Shown here piece by piece: positions 47,560 through 61,407 of a stretch of 64,000 nt of DNA. The stretch spans positions 23,932,001 to 23,996,000 of the forward strand of contig NC_086108.1 in NCBI RefSeq assembly GCF_963921235.1, written 5' to 3'. The notes under the pieces are model-generated. The model did no database searches and was not told where the DNA came from. It saw nothing but the letters and a program-made list of their open reading frames with translations. The number at the start of each line of letters is the position of its first letter. Positions within the stretch are counted from its first letter, which is position 1. Position numbers and translations under genes: made by a program. Source of the DNA: Mobula hypostoma. Lineage: Eukaryota.

Positions 47560-48380
47560 GAATTTCAGATGGTGACAAGGAGGCATACAGAAGTGAGATA
47601 GATCAGCTGGTTGAGTGGTGTTGTAACAACAACCTTGCACTCAACATCAGTAAGACCAAGGAATTGATGGTGGACTTCAGGAAGGGGAAGTCGAGGGAAC
47701 ACACACCAGTCCTCGAGATACCACAGGTAGAAAGGGTGAGCAGTTTCAAGTTCTTGGGCGTCCGCATCTCTGAGGATCGGAACATATTGATGGAATTATA
47801 AAGAAGGCATGACAGTGGCTGTATTTCATTAGGAGTTTGATGACGCTTGGTATGTTGCCAAAGACAATTGCAACTTTCTATAGATGTACCATGGGGGGCG
47901 TTCTAACTGGTTGCTTCACAATCTGGTATGGAGGGGCCAGTGCACAGGATCAGAAAAAGCTGCAGAAAGTTGTAAACTCAGCCAGTTCCATCATGGGCAC
48001 TCGCCTTCCCAGCTCTGAGGACACTTCAAAAGGCAATGGCTCAAAAAGGCAGCATCCATCATTAAGGACCCCATCACCCAGGACATACCCTTTTCACATT
48101 GCTACCATCAAGGAGGAGTGAAACAAGCCTTAAGACACACACTTAACATTTAAGGAACAGCTTCTTCCCCACTGCCATCAGAATTCTGAGTGGACAATGA
48201 AACCCATTAACACTACCACCGTATTTTTCCCTCTCTCTTTGCACTACTTATTTAATATTTATACATATATTTTATATACATTTTAATTTATTGTTTTTAT
48301 TATATTTTTCAATGTACCGCTGCTGCAAAACGAAAGAAGAATCATGACATTTGCCAGTGATATTTAACCTGATTCTGATA
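47560..48380 (+). mobile_element. Rex1/Babar 3' fragment
   Basis: NNLALNISKTKELMVDFR; FYRCTMGGVLTGCFTIWYGGASAQDQKKLQKVV; cctgattctgat tail. Confidence 0.85.
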
Positions 48381-49599
48381 TCAGCAGGAAAGGATGGTAC
48401 TATTTCACCATTGGCTGACAAGCAACAACCACAGTGGAAGCACACTCTGGGCTGAAATCACAACACGTGGTTGCAGGCATGGACATGCACAAAATAAACA
48501 GGGTTTTCTTGCAAGTCTCAAGCAACTACTGTCAGCCTACCGTGCAAAAATCTATTGAAAGACTCCAACCATGAGTTTGATAGGACGTACAGGATATTCT
48601 CAGAGCTGGGAAGAATTAATCCTGACTTCATATGGGGATCTGTTGTGGAATTTTTCATGTAACAAGTATCCTAGTTGGGGAAAAGAAAGGTGAGAAATTG
48701 CATGGTTGTGAATTCTCATAAATGCAGTTTCTCAGTCAATATTGCCTCGCTGCCAATTCACATCGGTGCTTCTAAGGGGTGGTGAATTTGATCCCAGCAT
48801 CGATCCCTGAATAATTTATACTTTCTGCTTGATTGTAGTTCTTTAAAATGTAAATGTGAGAAGCTCTTTAGGTTCTCTGGAGCACCAACTACCCCCACCT
48901 TTCTCCTGCCCATTGTAACTCATAGTGAGTCTATCTGGGAAGTCATGGGCATAGTGGCCCTGGTGCTTGGCACCAGGATCTTAAAGGGACCAGATGTTCT
49001 TCATTTCAAGAAATTAAATCCCAACAGTTTAACTTCCTGGCCAAAGGCCTCCTGTCATGGGCTACCTTTGTCCCTGTAAAGTCTTCTCTTTTTTTGTCTC
49101 TCAAGGCCAAGAATAGCTTGCCTTTATTCCAGTTCTGTGGGATTTGTGATGACAGATGAGACCAATGGGTGACTCACAGACTTCAACACAGGTGGAACAG
49201 GTAGAACCTGATGGGCCAATGGGTGCCTACACAGTCCTTCCATTGATTGATCTGATCACCGTGTACTCCTGTAAAGATCAAAGTTATTGGTGCATCCCCA
49301 GAAGTTCCTCCCATGATCTGCATAAACTTAGGCCAGGAACTCCCTTGGGCTGGTAAAAGAGCTACAACTTCCAATGGAGGTCTTGATGATTTACTTACAG
49401 TATTTTCCCTATCCTTGAAATTCTCTGGTCAGGGAGACAAGCTGAGTTTGGAATCTGATGCCAGGTTTGCAAATGGGTTGGGCAGCTCACCAGACCTGGC
49501 TACATGGTAAGAATCTAGATTTTACAGTGCTGGTACTAAAGGTGATTCACCTGTCCCTCCCAGTAGATTCGGAAGATTTTCAGAAGACAGAGTTGGTAA

Positions 49600-50685
49600 T
49601 TTAAGGTGTCCATCATTAGTTGCCTAAGTCTCTGTAAGCGTACATTTTACTTATAGGTAGTCATGATCTTTTCTAGTGCTTTGCAATGAGTAGTGGATTT
49701 CATCCAACTGTAATCCCTCCCAGCTGTGAGGTTTCTGCTGCGATATGGGAAAGACCTATGTTGATGTGATGAATCCTGATTGTCCGGAGTCTCTTGCAGT
49801 GGGACAGCTTGGTAAAGGTTATGTTTAGCATAAGCCCCGATTTCTCATATGCCTCCATGAAGGAAACAAAATTGTTTGAAACGTGGCCTCTTAGTGTGCT
49901 CCTGCGCATCCATTGCCTTCATACTGTGTTCTGACAACTGACATTGGAGTGATCTTGGTCTTGGAGTGGAGACAACTAAAGTTGAACAGCTTCCTGATCA
50001 TTCCGCAGATTATCTCTGAAGTAGCAGGGAATATACTGGAAGTGATGTGCTGCATTAACGCAAGCAAAATTGAGAAGAGTGTTAGTGCTTGACACCAGTC
50101 TGCCCTTGGACTGTTTCTATACTGAACATGTAGTGAAATATCATTATTTACACATCATTATGGAGTAGGCAGAGGATGGAAAGCAAATTTTAGAGGGCAG
50201 GCAATGATTCTTTTAGCACTTTTAGGCTTCTGGAGTTTAAAGCTTTCACAAGGTCAAAGTAGGTCAAATGCTGTGCAAGAATCTGCTCTCTGTATTTCTT
50301 TTGAATATCAATATTCATTATTTTCAAACTGATTTTGGAGATTTTGCCCATGGTGCTTTTTGATGGGTGTATACTGCAAGTCAGAGGGGTATGCTTTGAT
50401 CAGGGACAAAATGTCATAACACAGACAGGTGGGAGACCCCACTACAATCACTGAATTTGGATGTCTCCCATCAGGAAGATAATGACAGTTGTGGTGTCTC
50501 TAAAATTCCCAGACATGTTCTCCACTTCCCAGCTCTGAGTGACAATGTCATGAACTAAGACCAAAAACTGCCTCTCTGCCATGATGGAGTGCTTCATTAG
50601 GTACTTCTGCGGATCCAGAGTCTTTGTTACTTATTTTATTTGCTGGATGATCTTCCCAACCTCTTGTCAGCCAGGAAAACCTAAA
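49600..50685 (-). mobile_element. Highly degenerate RTE-clade LINE RT fragment
   Basis: Minus strand: KLFN...SKTKITP and FMEAYEKSGLMLNI, typical of RTE/BovB-like RT. Confidence 0.6.
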
Positions 50686-50881
50686 CTGTAGTATATTATT
50701 AAGAAAGGCATCAAGTAGGCTTACATCAAAGATGGAGACTTAGTTCAGGAGATCTTCGAAGTGTTCCTTCCAGTGCATACCCTACCCATAATGAGATCTC
50801 CTCCATTCCAAATGGGAGGATACTTGGGCAGAAGGTGATAGAGGTTCAGCAACCAACTGCCAACTACAATATATATATATA

Positions 50882-51133
50882 CCTTAGAGAGGAGGGTTAG
50901 CAACCACCTCAGGAGATGGCTGGGGCTGCCAAAGAGCCTGAGCAGCATCACACTCTTATGGGCACCACAACAAACTGCAACTGCCCTTCAAATCCTTGGA
51001 GGAAGAATTCAAGTTAACAAGAGCCAGAGAAGTGCTACGGTATAGGGACTCAAGTGACCAGAAGGTGGCTACAGCAGGGATCCAAGTAAGTACTGGCAGG
51101 AAGTGGAGGGCAGAGGAAGCTGTTCAGGAGGCA
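50882..51133 (+). mobile_element. HERO-like (restriction-like endonuclease clade) non-LTR fragment
   Basis: LERRVSNHLRRWLGLPKSLSSITL..GHHNKLQLPFKSLEEEFKLTRAREVLRYRDSSDQKVATAGIQVSTGRKWRAEEAVQEA resembles the post-RT region of HERO elements. Confidence 0.75.
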
Positions 51134-54100
51134 CGACTACGCACCAGGGATTCTTGCCAGACGGAAGGAACATGCAGAAACACGGAGGCTCCTGAAGGAA
51201 AACAACATCAGATTTCAGACCCTGTATCGAGTTCGGCTGAAAGTCTTTTACGACGAAGGGACAAAAACTTACGCTACGGTGGAGGAGGCAACGTTGGACC
51301 TGGTGGACCGGAGACTACCTATTAAAGTTATCACCCAACCGGAGTCGCTACTGGAGAGGATTCGGCAGAAGTCGTGGCAGCTAGTGGGGCGAAGACGCTC
51401 CACACGAACCAGAGTGTCAAACTACAAGGAAAAGCTGCAAATATTCAGACGCGAATGTACAGAGAATACAGATTAATTAAGAGAAATGACTGAAAAGAGT
51501 AAATCGTACTTAAAGGTAAAATGAAAACTGGTAACTGAAAATAAACTAGGCGGAATAACTTGAATGATAGCAATATGGTCGAGACATAAATAGGAGAAAA
51601 TTCTCTATGATTAATCAAACTGCTGAGGGCCCTCTAACACAGGGTGAAGATAGAGGTTATCCCTCTGAACTGAGGCGGGTCAGTGCTCAGGCATCACTGT
51701 GGGAAGTCGGGAAAAATTTTCAAATGTTATACGTTCAAAAATGTCTAGGGTGTGGTTATATATTTTGGTTTACTGTTGAGAAGGGATTGCTTACTGTTTG
51801 GTTAGAAAAGGAAATTTTTTTTTCTACTAGAGAAAAATGCAAATTGAATTGGTAAAAATAATTTCCTATAATGTTAATAGGGTTTTGAATCCAATTAAAA
51901 GAAATAAGATTATGTCTAAATTGAAAAAAGAGTGGGCACAAATAGTCTTCCTCCAGGAAACACATATGAGCCAATCTGAAGATGAAAAATTAAAAAGAAT
52001 GGGCTTTAAGCATGTATATTATTCATCATATAAATTGAGCCACAAAAGAGGGGTAGCTACTTTAATATCAAGTACTCTTAATTATAAACATATTTCAGAG
52101 ACTAAAGACAAAGATGGAAGATTTGTAAAAATTACAGGAAGAATAGAAGGTACAGAAATAACACTGCTGAATGTTTATGCTCCTCCAGGTAGTGAATGGT
52201 CATTTTATAGACACATTTTTGACCTAATGGTCAGTTCTCAAGGGGTAGTAATTTGTGGAGGGGATTTTAATATTAGATTAAATCCTATATTAGATTCTTC
52301 AAGAATAGTTACTCAGAATAAACCTCTGACTCGGAAAATGAATTTATTGATGGAGGAGTTGGGAATTATAGATGTGTGGAGGGAATTACATCCCACTAGT
52401 AAAGATTATACATATTACTCTTTCCCTCATTCAGTCTATTCAAGGATAGACTATTTCTTTATCTTTAATACAGATAGACTCAGGATAAAAAACTGTAATA
52501 TTGCAACAATTGATCTGTCAGATCACAGCCCAGTCTCTATAACTCTAATCCTGGAAAGAAAAATGAGGAAAACACTATGGAGGCTAAACTCAAATATACT
52601 CAATAACCTGAAAGTAATGGAGAGATTAAGGGGAGAAATCAAAGAATACCCGGACTTTAATGACACGGGAGAAACATCACCAGTGATCTTATGGGATACA
52701 TTGAAAGCTGTACTGAGAGGGAAAATTATTTCCATTACCACTCACATGAAAAAAATCAACGCACAAAAATTAGCAGACCTTCGAGGAAAATTAAAATAAC
52801 TTCAAGTTGTAGATAGCAACAAAAGAAATTCAAATCTAAAACAGGAAATTAGGAAATTGCAAAGTGAAATTGACGATATTTATACACTGAAAACTCAAAG
52901 AAATTTTCTTTACCTGAGACAAAAGAATTATGAAGTAGGAGGTAAATCAGCTAGTTTACTAGCATATAAATTACGAAAACAACAAGCAGACAATACAATT
53001 CATAAAATAAAGAATCCAAAGACAAAGCTTGTGGAATAGGGAAAATTCAAGAGAGTTTTGAAACATATTATCGAGAGCTGTACTCCCAACCCCGGGCCCC
53101 CAATGAGCCCTATATAGACAGCTTATTGAATTCTTTATATCTAGCTAAACTTACAGAATTACAAAATGAAAGTCTATTAGAACCAGTAACTGCCAAAGAA
53201 CTGAATGTGGCCATCTCTAGGTTAAAGGCTGGAAAGCCCCCGGGTTCAGATGGGTTTACCTCAGAGTGGTACAAATCCCTGAAGTCACAGTTAGCCCCAT
53301 TACTACTTAACACCTTTAATTGGATCTTACAGAGAAGAGAAACTCCACCTTCCTGGAGAGAAGCGATTATTTCAGTTATTCCTAAAGAGGGTAAAGATAA
53401 ATTAGAATGTGGCAATTATCGGCTAATTAGTGTTCTTAATTTAGATTACAAACTATTTACATCTATATTAGCAGACAGATTGGAAAAGCTCTTACCTGGC
53501 CTAATCCACTTAGACCAGACTGGATTTATTCAACAAAGACAAACACAGGACAACATAAGGAGAACTCTACACATATTAGAACAGGTTAATAAGAAGAGAC
53601 AGAGACAATGGTAGTAGGATTAGATGCTGAGAAAGCTTTTGATTCGGTTAATTGGGCATTCCTATACAGAGTGTTAGGAAGATTCGGCTTTCAAGAAAAA
53701 TTTATTAAAGTAATCCAGACTCTATATGACAGCCCTACAGCTCGAATTAAGATAAATGGGGACCTCTCTGACTCCTTTATTTTAGAGAGAGGCACTAGAC
53801 AGGGATGCCCAATTTCTCCTCTCCTTTTTGCGCTATATATTGAACTGCTTGCCCAACTAATAAGACAGAGCGAAATCGTAAGAGGTATCAAGGTGGCAGG
53901 GATTGAACAGAAAGTGGCGTTATTCGCAGATGATGTCTTAGTCTATCTGAGTGAATCAGAAAAATCATTTATAGGATTGTTTACATTGTTGGATGTGTTG
54001 GATAACTTTGGGAAAATATCAGGTTATAAAATAAATGTAAAGAAAATGCAGGTTATGTCCCTAAATTATACACCATCCAAAAAATTGCAGGATACATATG

Positions 54101-56189
54101 ATCTTAAGTGGGAAGCTAAATCATTAAAATATTTAGGAATAACCCTGCCAAAGGATCTTTCAACGCTGTCACAAGTAAATTATTGGCCATTAATCTCAGA
54201 GATAAAAGCAGATATGCATAGATGGAATCTTATCCCCTTTTTAAGTTTAAATTCAAGGATAAATACTATAAAAATGAATATTCTTCCTCAATTACTGTAT
54301 CTTTTCCGTACTTTGCCTGTGGAGGTGGATGATAATCAATTCAGGGAATGGGACAAATGGATTTCTCGCTTCATTTGACAAGGAAAGAAACCTAGAATTC
54401 GATATAACACCTTACAATTAGGGAAGGAAGAAGGAGGTATGGTTCTTCCTTGCCTGAGAAATTATTTTTATGCCTCACAGATAACCCTTCTGTTATATTG
54501 GTGTAATAGGGAATATAAGGCTAGATGGAAGGAAATAGAATTTGGATTGGTTAACAGTTTTCCTCTACAGGCCTCAATAGCTGACAAAGGCTTAATGGCC
54601 CAATTGGAAAAATTTAAAAACAGTTGGATTAAAAATATGGCAGAAGGTGGTTAATTCATGTGGAATTAATAACATGCTAAAACTCTTCAGATGGTGTGCA
54701 TATGATACCGAATTCCTTCCCAACAGAGGAGATAAAAGATTTGAATTATGGATAAAGAAAGGTCTTACAACCTACCTCTCATTTATACATAAAAGAGTAT
54801 TACAAAGTTTCCAAATCCTGCAGGACAAACATGGCCTAGAACACAATGACTTTTTTAGGTACCTTCAAGTACGAAATTATGTTAACCAGAGTTGTAGATA
54901 TACAGACCTATCAACAGTAGAATTAGAATTTTTCAAGATTCTTAATTCGGCTTGCGGTTCAATACTTAGTAAATCAGTTTCTCGATTATATAATGCACTC
55001 TCCCATGCTAAAAATGTAAACACATTGTATATTAAAGAGAAGTGGGAGAAAGAAGCGGGGTTGGTACTTTCAGAGGAGGCTTGGGGGAAAATATGCAGCT
55101 TTCAGTAGTCTTCGACTAATTCTTTGACTTGGAGAGAACATTGTTGGAAAAATATTATAAGATACTTTAAGACCCCATATCAGGAAAAATATAAAGATAC
55201 AAATGTGACGTGTTGGAGAAAGTGCGGCTCCAAGAAGGCAAATCGTTTCCATATTTTCTGGGATTGTCCTAAATTAAGTCTATATTGGGAAGGTATTTAT
55301 AGAACATTAGTTAAGGTATTTAGGACCCAGATACCTCTGAACTTTGAGACGCTCTATTTGGGGCATGTATTGTTTCTTGAACAGAAGGAAGACATAAAGT
55401 TGCTGCAGGCCCTTTTAGCGGCAAGTAAGAAATCAATCACTAGAAAGTGGCTAAATCCAATACCACCTACATTAGAAGATTGGCACGAAATTATCTTGGA
55501 AATATTTAAAATGGAAAAGTTGACTTACTCCCTGAGAATTCAAAAAGAAAAATTTTATCAAATCTGGAATAAATGGATTGAATATATAACCCCAATGCGA
55601 GCAGACTTTAGATGAATCTCCTAATGATTTATACTGCTCTTCTCATCAACTCAGTAATATTGCTAATGTAAGCACCCCTAGTCTAAATGTTTACTGTTTT
55701 TGTCTTTTTTTTGTTTGGAAAATAGAGAATTAATACAAGTAAAGGAAAAGATTTGGGTAAGGGATAAAAAATGATAAAATTAAGTAAATAAGTACATAGG
55801 GATCAGATAATTATGTTTGGGGGCAGGAGCAAGCATGAACAAGTTAGGATATAAACACCTATAATGGTTGTTACATAGGCTTACACACAACATTTTGAAC
55901 CAGAAGAAGTGATCCAGAAGAGATGTATGGAAACTATTACTAATCCACTATCATTACTACTTCCCTTAACAATTAACACCATTTCTTGGCCTAATAGATT
56001 AGAATTTCTACTGTGCATAATTATCTATTTAAGTGTCTAATTTCTTTTTATATCATCTCAATGTGTACCTAAGAATGTATAAATAATTATAGTTTTATAC
56101 ATAAAAAAATGGAAAAGGTTATACATGTGAAAAAGTACATGATGCTTGTGAATTCCTTATCCAAATAAAAAATAAAATTAAAAAAAAAA
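51132..56189 (+). mobile_element. L1-clade LINE: ORF1 C-terminus, near-complete ORF2, 3' UTR, poly(A)
   Basis: ORF1 CTD-like HDYAPGILARRKE..LLKENNIRFQTLY..RLKV; ORF2 51837-55615; AATAAA motifs and A-tail at 56164-56189. Confidence 0.93.
51837..55615 (+). pseudogene. L1 ORF2 (APE endonuclease, RT, CCHC knuckle) with about 6 lesions
   Basis: [62 protein letters not shown]....HIFWDC. Split into six ORF-track pieces. Confidence 0.93.
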
Positions 56190-58519
56190 TCAATTATGTG
56201 TTTGGAATTTTGTATCCTTGGAGGTATATTGGCACAGTAAATATATTATAAGCTTAAGATGGATGGAATCAAAGTGCCTCACTGGAATCATTGAACAAAT
56301 GCCCCATTCCTTCAAACTCTACTTAGGAAGATGCACTCTCACCAATAAGTTATAGCTAACTATGGGCCTGTCTGATGGATTTTACATGCAAGGAGCCATC
56401 GGAGCACCTTCTTAGTGACGTGCTTTGGTTAAGAGAAAAAACACAGTTATTTTATCTTGTTATTTAAAGTTTAAGAAGACATAAGATCAACAAGGAAGGT
56501 CATTACTGTGCTAGAAGAGTACCTTCCATAAAATACTTGACACTGCACGAAAGATAACGTTTCAGATTTATTTCAAAATTGTTATAATCTCCAAGAGCTC
56601 TCTAACTAAATAAATGAAATTGGAAAGCTTTCTTAAAAAGACATTAATGCCTTTTTTTCTAGGCTTAACAATATCCCCTAGTCATTGTTACATGCATATT
56701 TAGTATGTACTGTATATCCTGAGGTACAAAATAATATATAAATGTAATTTACTCTTAGAAATTCAGACAAGCTACATTTATTTTCCAGAGTTGCGCATCT
56801 GAAAAATTTTATTTTGAGAGCAAGATATGTTTGTGGAAATTTATCCAGCTCTATAAATGTGACCAAGATGCAAAACATGCTTACGTGGTTGATGTTTCCA
56901 TATCTGTCATAGTTGAGATAAGTCAGTCTTTTGCCTGGGGCATCGTTCCTTTGAGTAATGCCCCTGTTATTCCAAAGAACACCAGCTACTGGGCATTCCC
57001 ATGCTTTCATTGTCGTGCTTAATCTATCAAAGAATGTCTCCAGGATCACAGAACACAACCTGTGAAGGTTGCTTTCAGCATTTGAAAAAATTCCCATGCA
57101 CCCCTTAAACTCTGCACAACTCTTAAGGTCATAATTTCCTGAGCAAGTGCCCCACCTCCAGATTTCCAGGTGCTCTACAGATCTCTGGACTTAATATACT
57201 CAGAATGACCTGGATGGTAGAATGTCTGGGCACTACTCCACCCACAAGCTCCAAAGTTCTGGTATCTGTATGTAAGCACTAATCTCGGGAGATGGCTCCC
57301 ACATCATGTCCAGGTCTCTTACCCACCCAATCCCCAAGGCCCAGGTCTTCTGATTTGTTGCACCAAGCCTCAGTCTCCAGGCATTCTCCCATCTTATCCC
57401 AATTAATTCTATCTCTCCTCTCGCAAACTCACTACCTATTTGCTTCCATTAAGGTAATCTCTGCACACCCTCCCCCCCACCAAGACCCCATTTACTGACC
57501 TTCTCTCCCCAATGGACTGCTGCTAGACCCAGTCAGGACACTGAATTTTACTTCATGAACTGCAGAGTTCTCAAAGAAAGAGCATGCATGGCTTAACCCT
57601 CGAGCTCTACCTGACAGCAGTTCGCTGGTTGCTGTGTAGCCTTGGTATCCGCTAACATTCCATCAAAGGAGCCAATCAATTACTACCCATTAGTTTGCTC
57701 AGAAGGCTTTGCACTTCATATTGAGTTGTTTCTGAAGTCCTCAGTTTTTGACAACTATTCCACAAGTTGATTACACAGGACTTATTTTTGATGTTTGAGA
57801 CGTGTCCTTCAGCTTTTCCTAGAATCTCAAAATTCTACTCTTTTAAGGCAACTGTCAGACAGAACAACCTGCAATTATATTTAGTTTCACTGCATCCCTG
57901 AAACATGGCCCAGTAGTTCTTCTGCAATGAATTGTGATTTCCAGTGCAGTGAGTGTTGATGTGTTATCAAATATTATCAACCACTCATATCAAACAATAA
58001 AGACTAACTGGATCACTGAACAGTTAATCTGAAATCATTAAGGTTTGTCTGGCATCACCATCTCCAAAGATATACAGCATGTAGAATTATTCCACAACAA
58101 ATTGACATGAATAAAGTGACTTTTAACCAGGTAGAAAACAGCTAAAACTTCTCAAACTGGTCAAACACCTGACAATTTTTAATACTTTTTTTCTATTTTC
58201 CTCCAAAAGCAATCCTAAGTTGCTTCCTCGTGTAACACTTGACTTCACAATAGATGTGTCACAGAAACTGAGCTGAATGGAACCTGAGACTTGTTTTATT
58301 TGATAGTACAGATTTACGTTAATCTTCTGTGACTTTCATTTCTGATTCAGACTGAACACAAAAAAAAACATAGCATTGTGATTCCAAAATCAAAATGGAG
58401 GAGTATTTGTTAATACATAGAATCTGTCCTTAAATCCCTGACTTTCAAAAGATCATAACTTTGAAATGAAAAATCTCAACTGGAAGGAAAAAGAGGGTCC
58501 TGTGCTTAGAACAAGCACA

Positions 58520-58678
58520 GGAACACAAGAAAACAGGAGCAAGAGCAGGTCACCTCGCTCCTCAAGCCTGCCACACATTCAGTATGATTGGGCTGATCTA
58601 TCTCAAGGCTCAACTCCAATTCTCAGCTAAATCCCTGATCTTTCAAGAAGTTATCTGCCTCCTCTTTAAATACTTCAA
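58520..58678 (-). mobile_element. CR1 3' tail fragment
   Basis: gaacacaagaaaacaggagcaagagcaggtcacc...aagcctgcc...cattcagtatgat, homologous to 10780-10860. Confidence 0.7.
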
Positions 58679-58679
58679 G

Positions 58680-59114
58680 TCAGGTTGCACTTGGAATACT
58701 GTGTGAGAGTTTTGGTTACCTTGTAGGGAGGATGTGGTTAAACTGGAAAGAGTGCATAAAAGATTTACAAGAATTTTGCCAGAATTAGAGGGTCTGGTTT
58801 ATCGAGAGAGGTTGTCCAGGTTAGGTCTTTATTCCTTGGAACATAGCAGAATGAAGAACGACCTTGTAGGAATGTTTGAGATTATGAGAGTCTTTGATAA
58901 AATGGACAGTGAACATTTTTTCCCCAGGCGGGGAAGTACAAAACTAAAGGGAATAGATTTAGAGTTAGGGAGGAAAGATTTAATAAAAGACCTGAGGGAC
59001 AACTTTTCCATGCAGAGCGTGGTGAGTACTTGGAATGAGTTGCCAGAAGAAGTTGCTGAGGCAGGTAGAGTAGCATCATTTGAGGAGCAATTGGATAGCT
59101 ACATGCAGGAGTGG
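58680..59114 (+). mobile_element. CR1 3' fragment cut by the Gmr1-like LTR insertion
   Basis: LERVHKRFTRILPELEGLVYRERLSRLGLYSLE...VVSTWNELPEEV; stops abruptly at the TG of the LTR. Confidence 0.88.
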
Positions 59115-59819
59115 TGTGACGGGGTCCTGAATTATCCCTATGATCTGTGCTTTTAAAAGAGAGAGAAAGGGTTGTTCAACACAAGCACCTTGTTATTAAG
59201 AGAGAGAAGGGCGAAGATTGCTCACAGTTTGTTTGGAATTTCTGCGAGGACACTGGCAACTTCTAAGTTCCTACAGAGAGAGAAGGGAGGAGCAACTTGA
59301 TGGACAGCTGGTGTTCAGCACAACAGTATTTAAACCAGCGTAATTGCCTGTTTCACAGGACACGCAGACACATTAAGGTGTGGTGAAGTTACCACTATCC
59401 TGTTCAGGTGCCCACGAATGTGGGACTGAGGATCGATTCTGAGGGATAGATCTGTGATTGTTAGTGCGTGAAAGAGCGCCCCTGTGGAGTCTACCAGTGT
59501 ATCTAACCTTTGTCTGGGTTGGTAAACTATCACTTGAAGACGGGGCTCTTAAGTTGGTCAAGTTTGGCTAACTTGGAAGTTTCGGAAGACAACGGGAAGA
59601 TCGACAGCATCAGCTCATCTGGAGAACTAAATATCTCTCTCTCTCTCTCCATCAGTAATCAATTCAATACCACAAACTGAACTGAACTTTACTCATCATC
59701 GTAAGACTGTATCCATTTACCCCTAGATTTGAAGAAGTTTGGTTTTTCTGTTTCCACACTTTTTCCACAAGTATTTTCCATTTCTGTTGGTTCTTTAACC
59801 CGTCACGGGGTACGAGACA
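59115..59819 (+). repeat. 5' LTR (705 bp)
   Basis: TGTGAC...GAGACA termini, directly followed by a PBS. Confidence 0.85.
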
Positions 59820-59823
59820 AATT

Positions 59824-59841
59824 TGGGGGCTTGTCCGGGTT
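59824..59841 (+). promoter_or_regulatory. Primer-binding site complementary to tRNA-Pro
   Basis: TGGGGGCTTGTCCGGGTT versus canonical PBS-Pro TGGGGGCTCGTCCGGGAT (2 mismatches), 4 nt after the LTR end. Confidence 0.85.
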
Positions 59842-59922
59842 TCTAAAAATTGTTTGGGGGCTTGTTTGAATTGATTGGGGGAAAATACCTTTTTTATTTG
59901 GTTGTGTGAAAACACAGCAGAA

Positions 59923-60717
59923 ATGGATGTTGATAAATTTCTGGAAGTGCCAACCTCTGAGGCACTAGAGGTTGCCAGAAGGTTCGAGTTGTTGAGTATT
60001 GCTAAGAAGTTGAAACTTACTGAGGTGAAATCGACCATGAGGGGGTCGCAGATGCAGAGGATAATAGCGGAGTATTATGTTTCTAAGGATGTGTTTAAAG
60101 TGGAGGAGTTGGAGTTGTTTCCTGAAAATAAACCTAGCGGGTTTGATCACCAGTATCAGATGGAAAGATTAAGGATCGAGGCTGAGGAGAAGTGAAGACA
60201 GCAACAGCTCGAGTTTAAGCTGTGAGTAAAACACCTCGAGGCTGAGGAGGCAGACAAGCAGAAGCGGTCTGAGCTGGGAAAGATAGAGAAATTGCAGCAA
60301 CGATGTTTAGTGTTAGACCCTACTGATTTTTACAGCTTGGAAGAGCTGGTTTTGATTGAAAAATTTAAAAGTTGTGTTCCTCATGATGTAAGGGCATACC
60401 TAGATGAAAAGGATGCCACCACCCTGCGGGGGTCTGCTAAGACAGCAGACGAGTTTGTTTTAACCCACGAGGTTGAGTTTACTCCAGATGAGAATTTCTC
60501 AGAGAGTAGCTGGGAGGTTCAGGGTGACCTTGAATTTGAAACTGGGACAAGTGATGGAAGGCCAGAAGAGGCAGCTGTCCCGATTGCTTGTGTTCAGGTT
60601 GTTGAAGTACCTGTGGATCCACAGGGTACTGAACCTTGTGTTGAAGCTCAGTTAAGGTCTAAGGAGTCTGACTCGGTTGAAAAAGACTGCAGTCTTTTTG
60701 TGTCAGATGTTCAGTGA
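59923..60717 (+). pseudogene. gag: gag remnant with SCAN-like capsid C-terminal domain
   Basis: LEELVLIEKFKSCVPHDVRAYLDEKDATTLRGSAKTADEFVLTH resembles the SCAN/Gmr1 capsid consensus (ELxxxEQFL..LP......V.E..P.T...A..LAD). Confidence 0.75.
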
Positions 60718-61407
60718 ATAAGGGGTTAACCTTGGTACCAGTGGAAATTGAGGATTCTCAGTCACTTGTATTAGACAGTGTTCTGAAAGTTAATGATGAG
60801 ATGAAAATTGGTGAGGTAAATTTACTGAAGATATTGAGGAAAGTGTTGTTTCTGGACTTTTGAATAAAGTATTTGTGAAGTTTGGATTGGTTTCATGACC
60901 TTTGATCCTACTGGTAGGACAAGGGCCTATTTAAGATGTATGTGCCACTCTGTTGAATTTTGTTTTAACATCAGGTTGTAAGCACCTCCAAGGATATGAG
61001 GTTGCTTTTCACAATGGTGTTGTGGAGAAGAAAGATTGTTTTGGTTTTGAGAGGCTGTTTAAAGAGGTTACTCTGGAGACAAATCGAGATAAAGGTTGTA
61101 GGAATAAAATAAATGGATTGTTTGGCATTTTTCACAATAGACACATGGTTTTTGTAAGTCTGGTGATAGTACTGAGTTTAGTAAACATTGGAAGGAGGTT
61201 AACACCAATCCAAGGTAATGTTGATCCAACAGTTCAGCTAACGAGCAAAGCTACTGCTAATGATCCATACAGAAAATCTACTGAGGCCCATGATAGCAAA
61301 ACCAGGGGTTTAAATCATGATGATTTGTCACAGACTTCTCTACCTTCCATGTTACAACAGGATTTGGAGAGTAAGGTTGATGAGAAAGGCTTGTCCTTAT
61401 CTCGGAA

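Noticed and set aside
48850..49560. Cluster of short ORFs in moderately GC-rich sequence
   Set aside because: No recognisable domain or splice structure; may be an old repeat.
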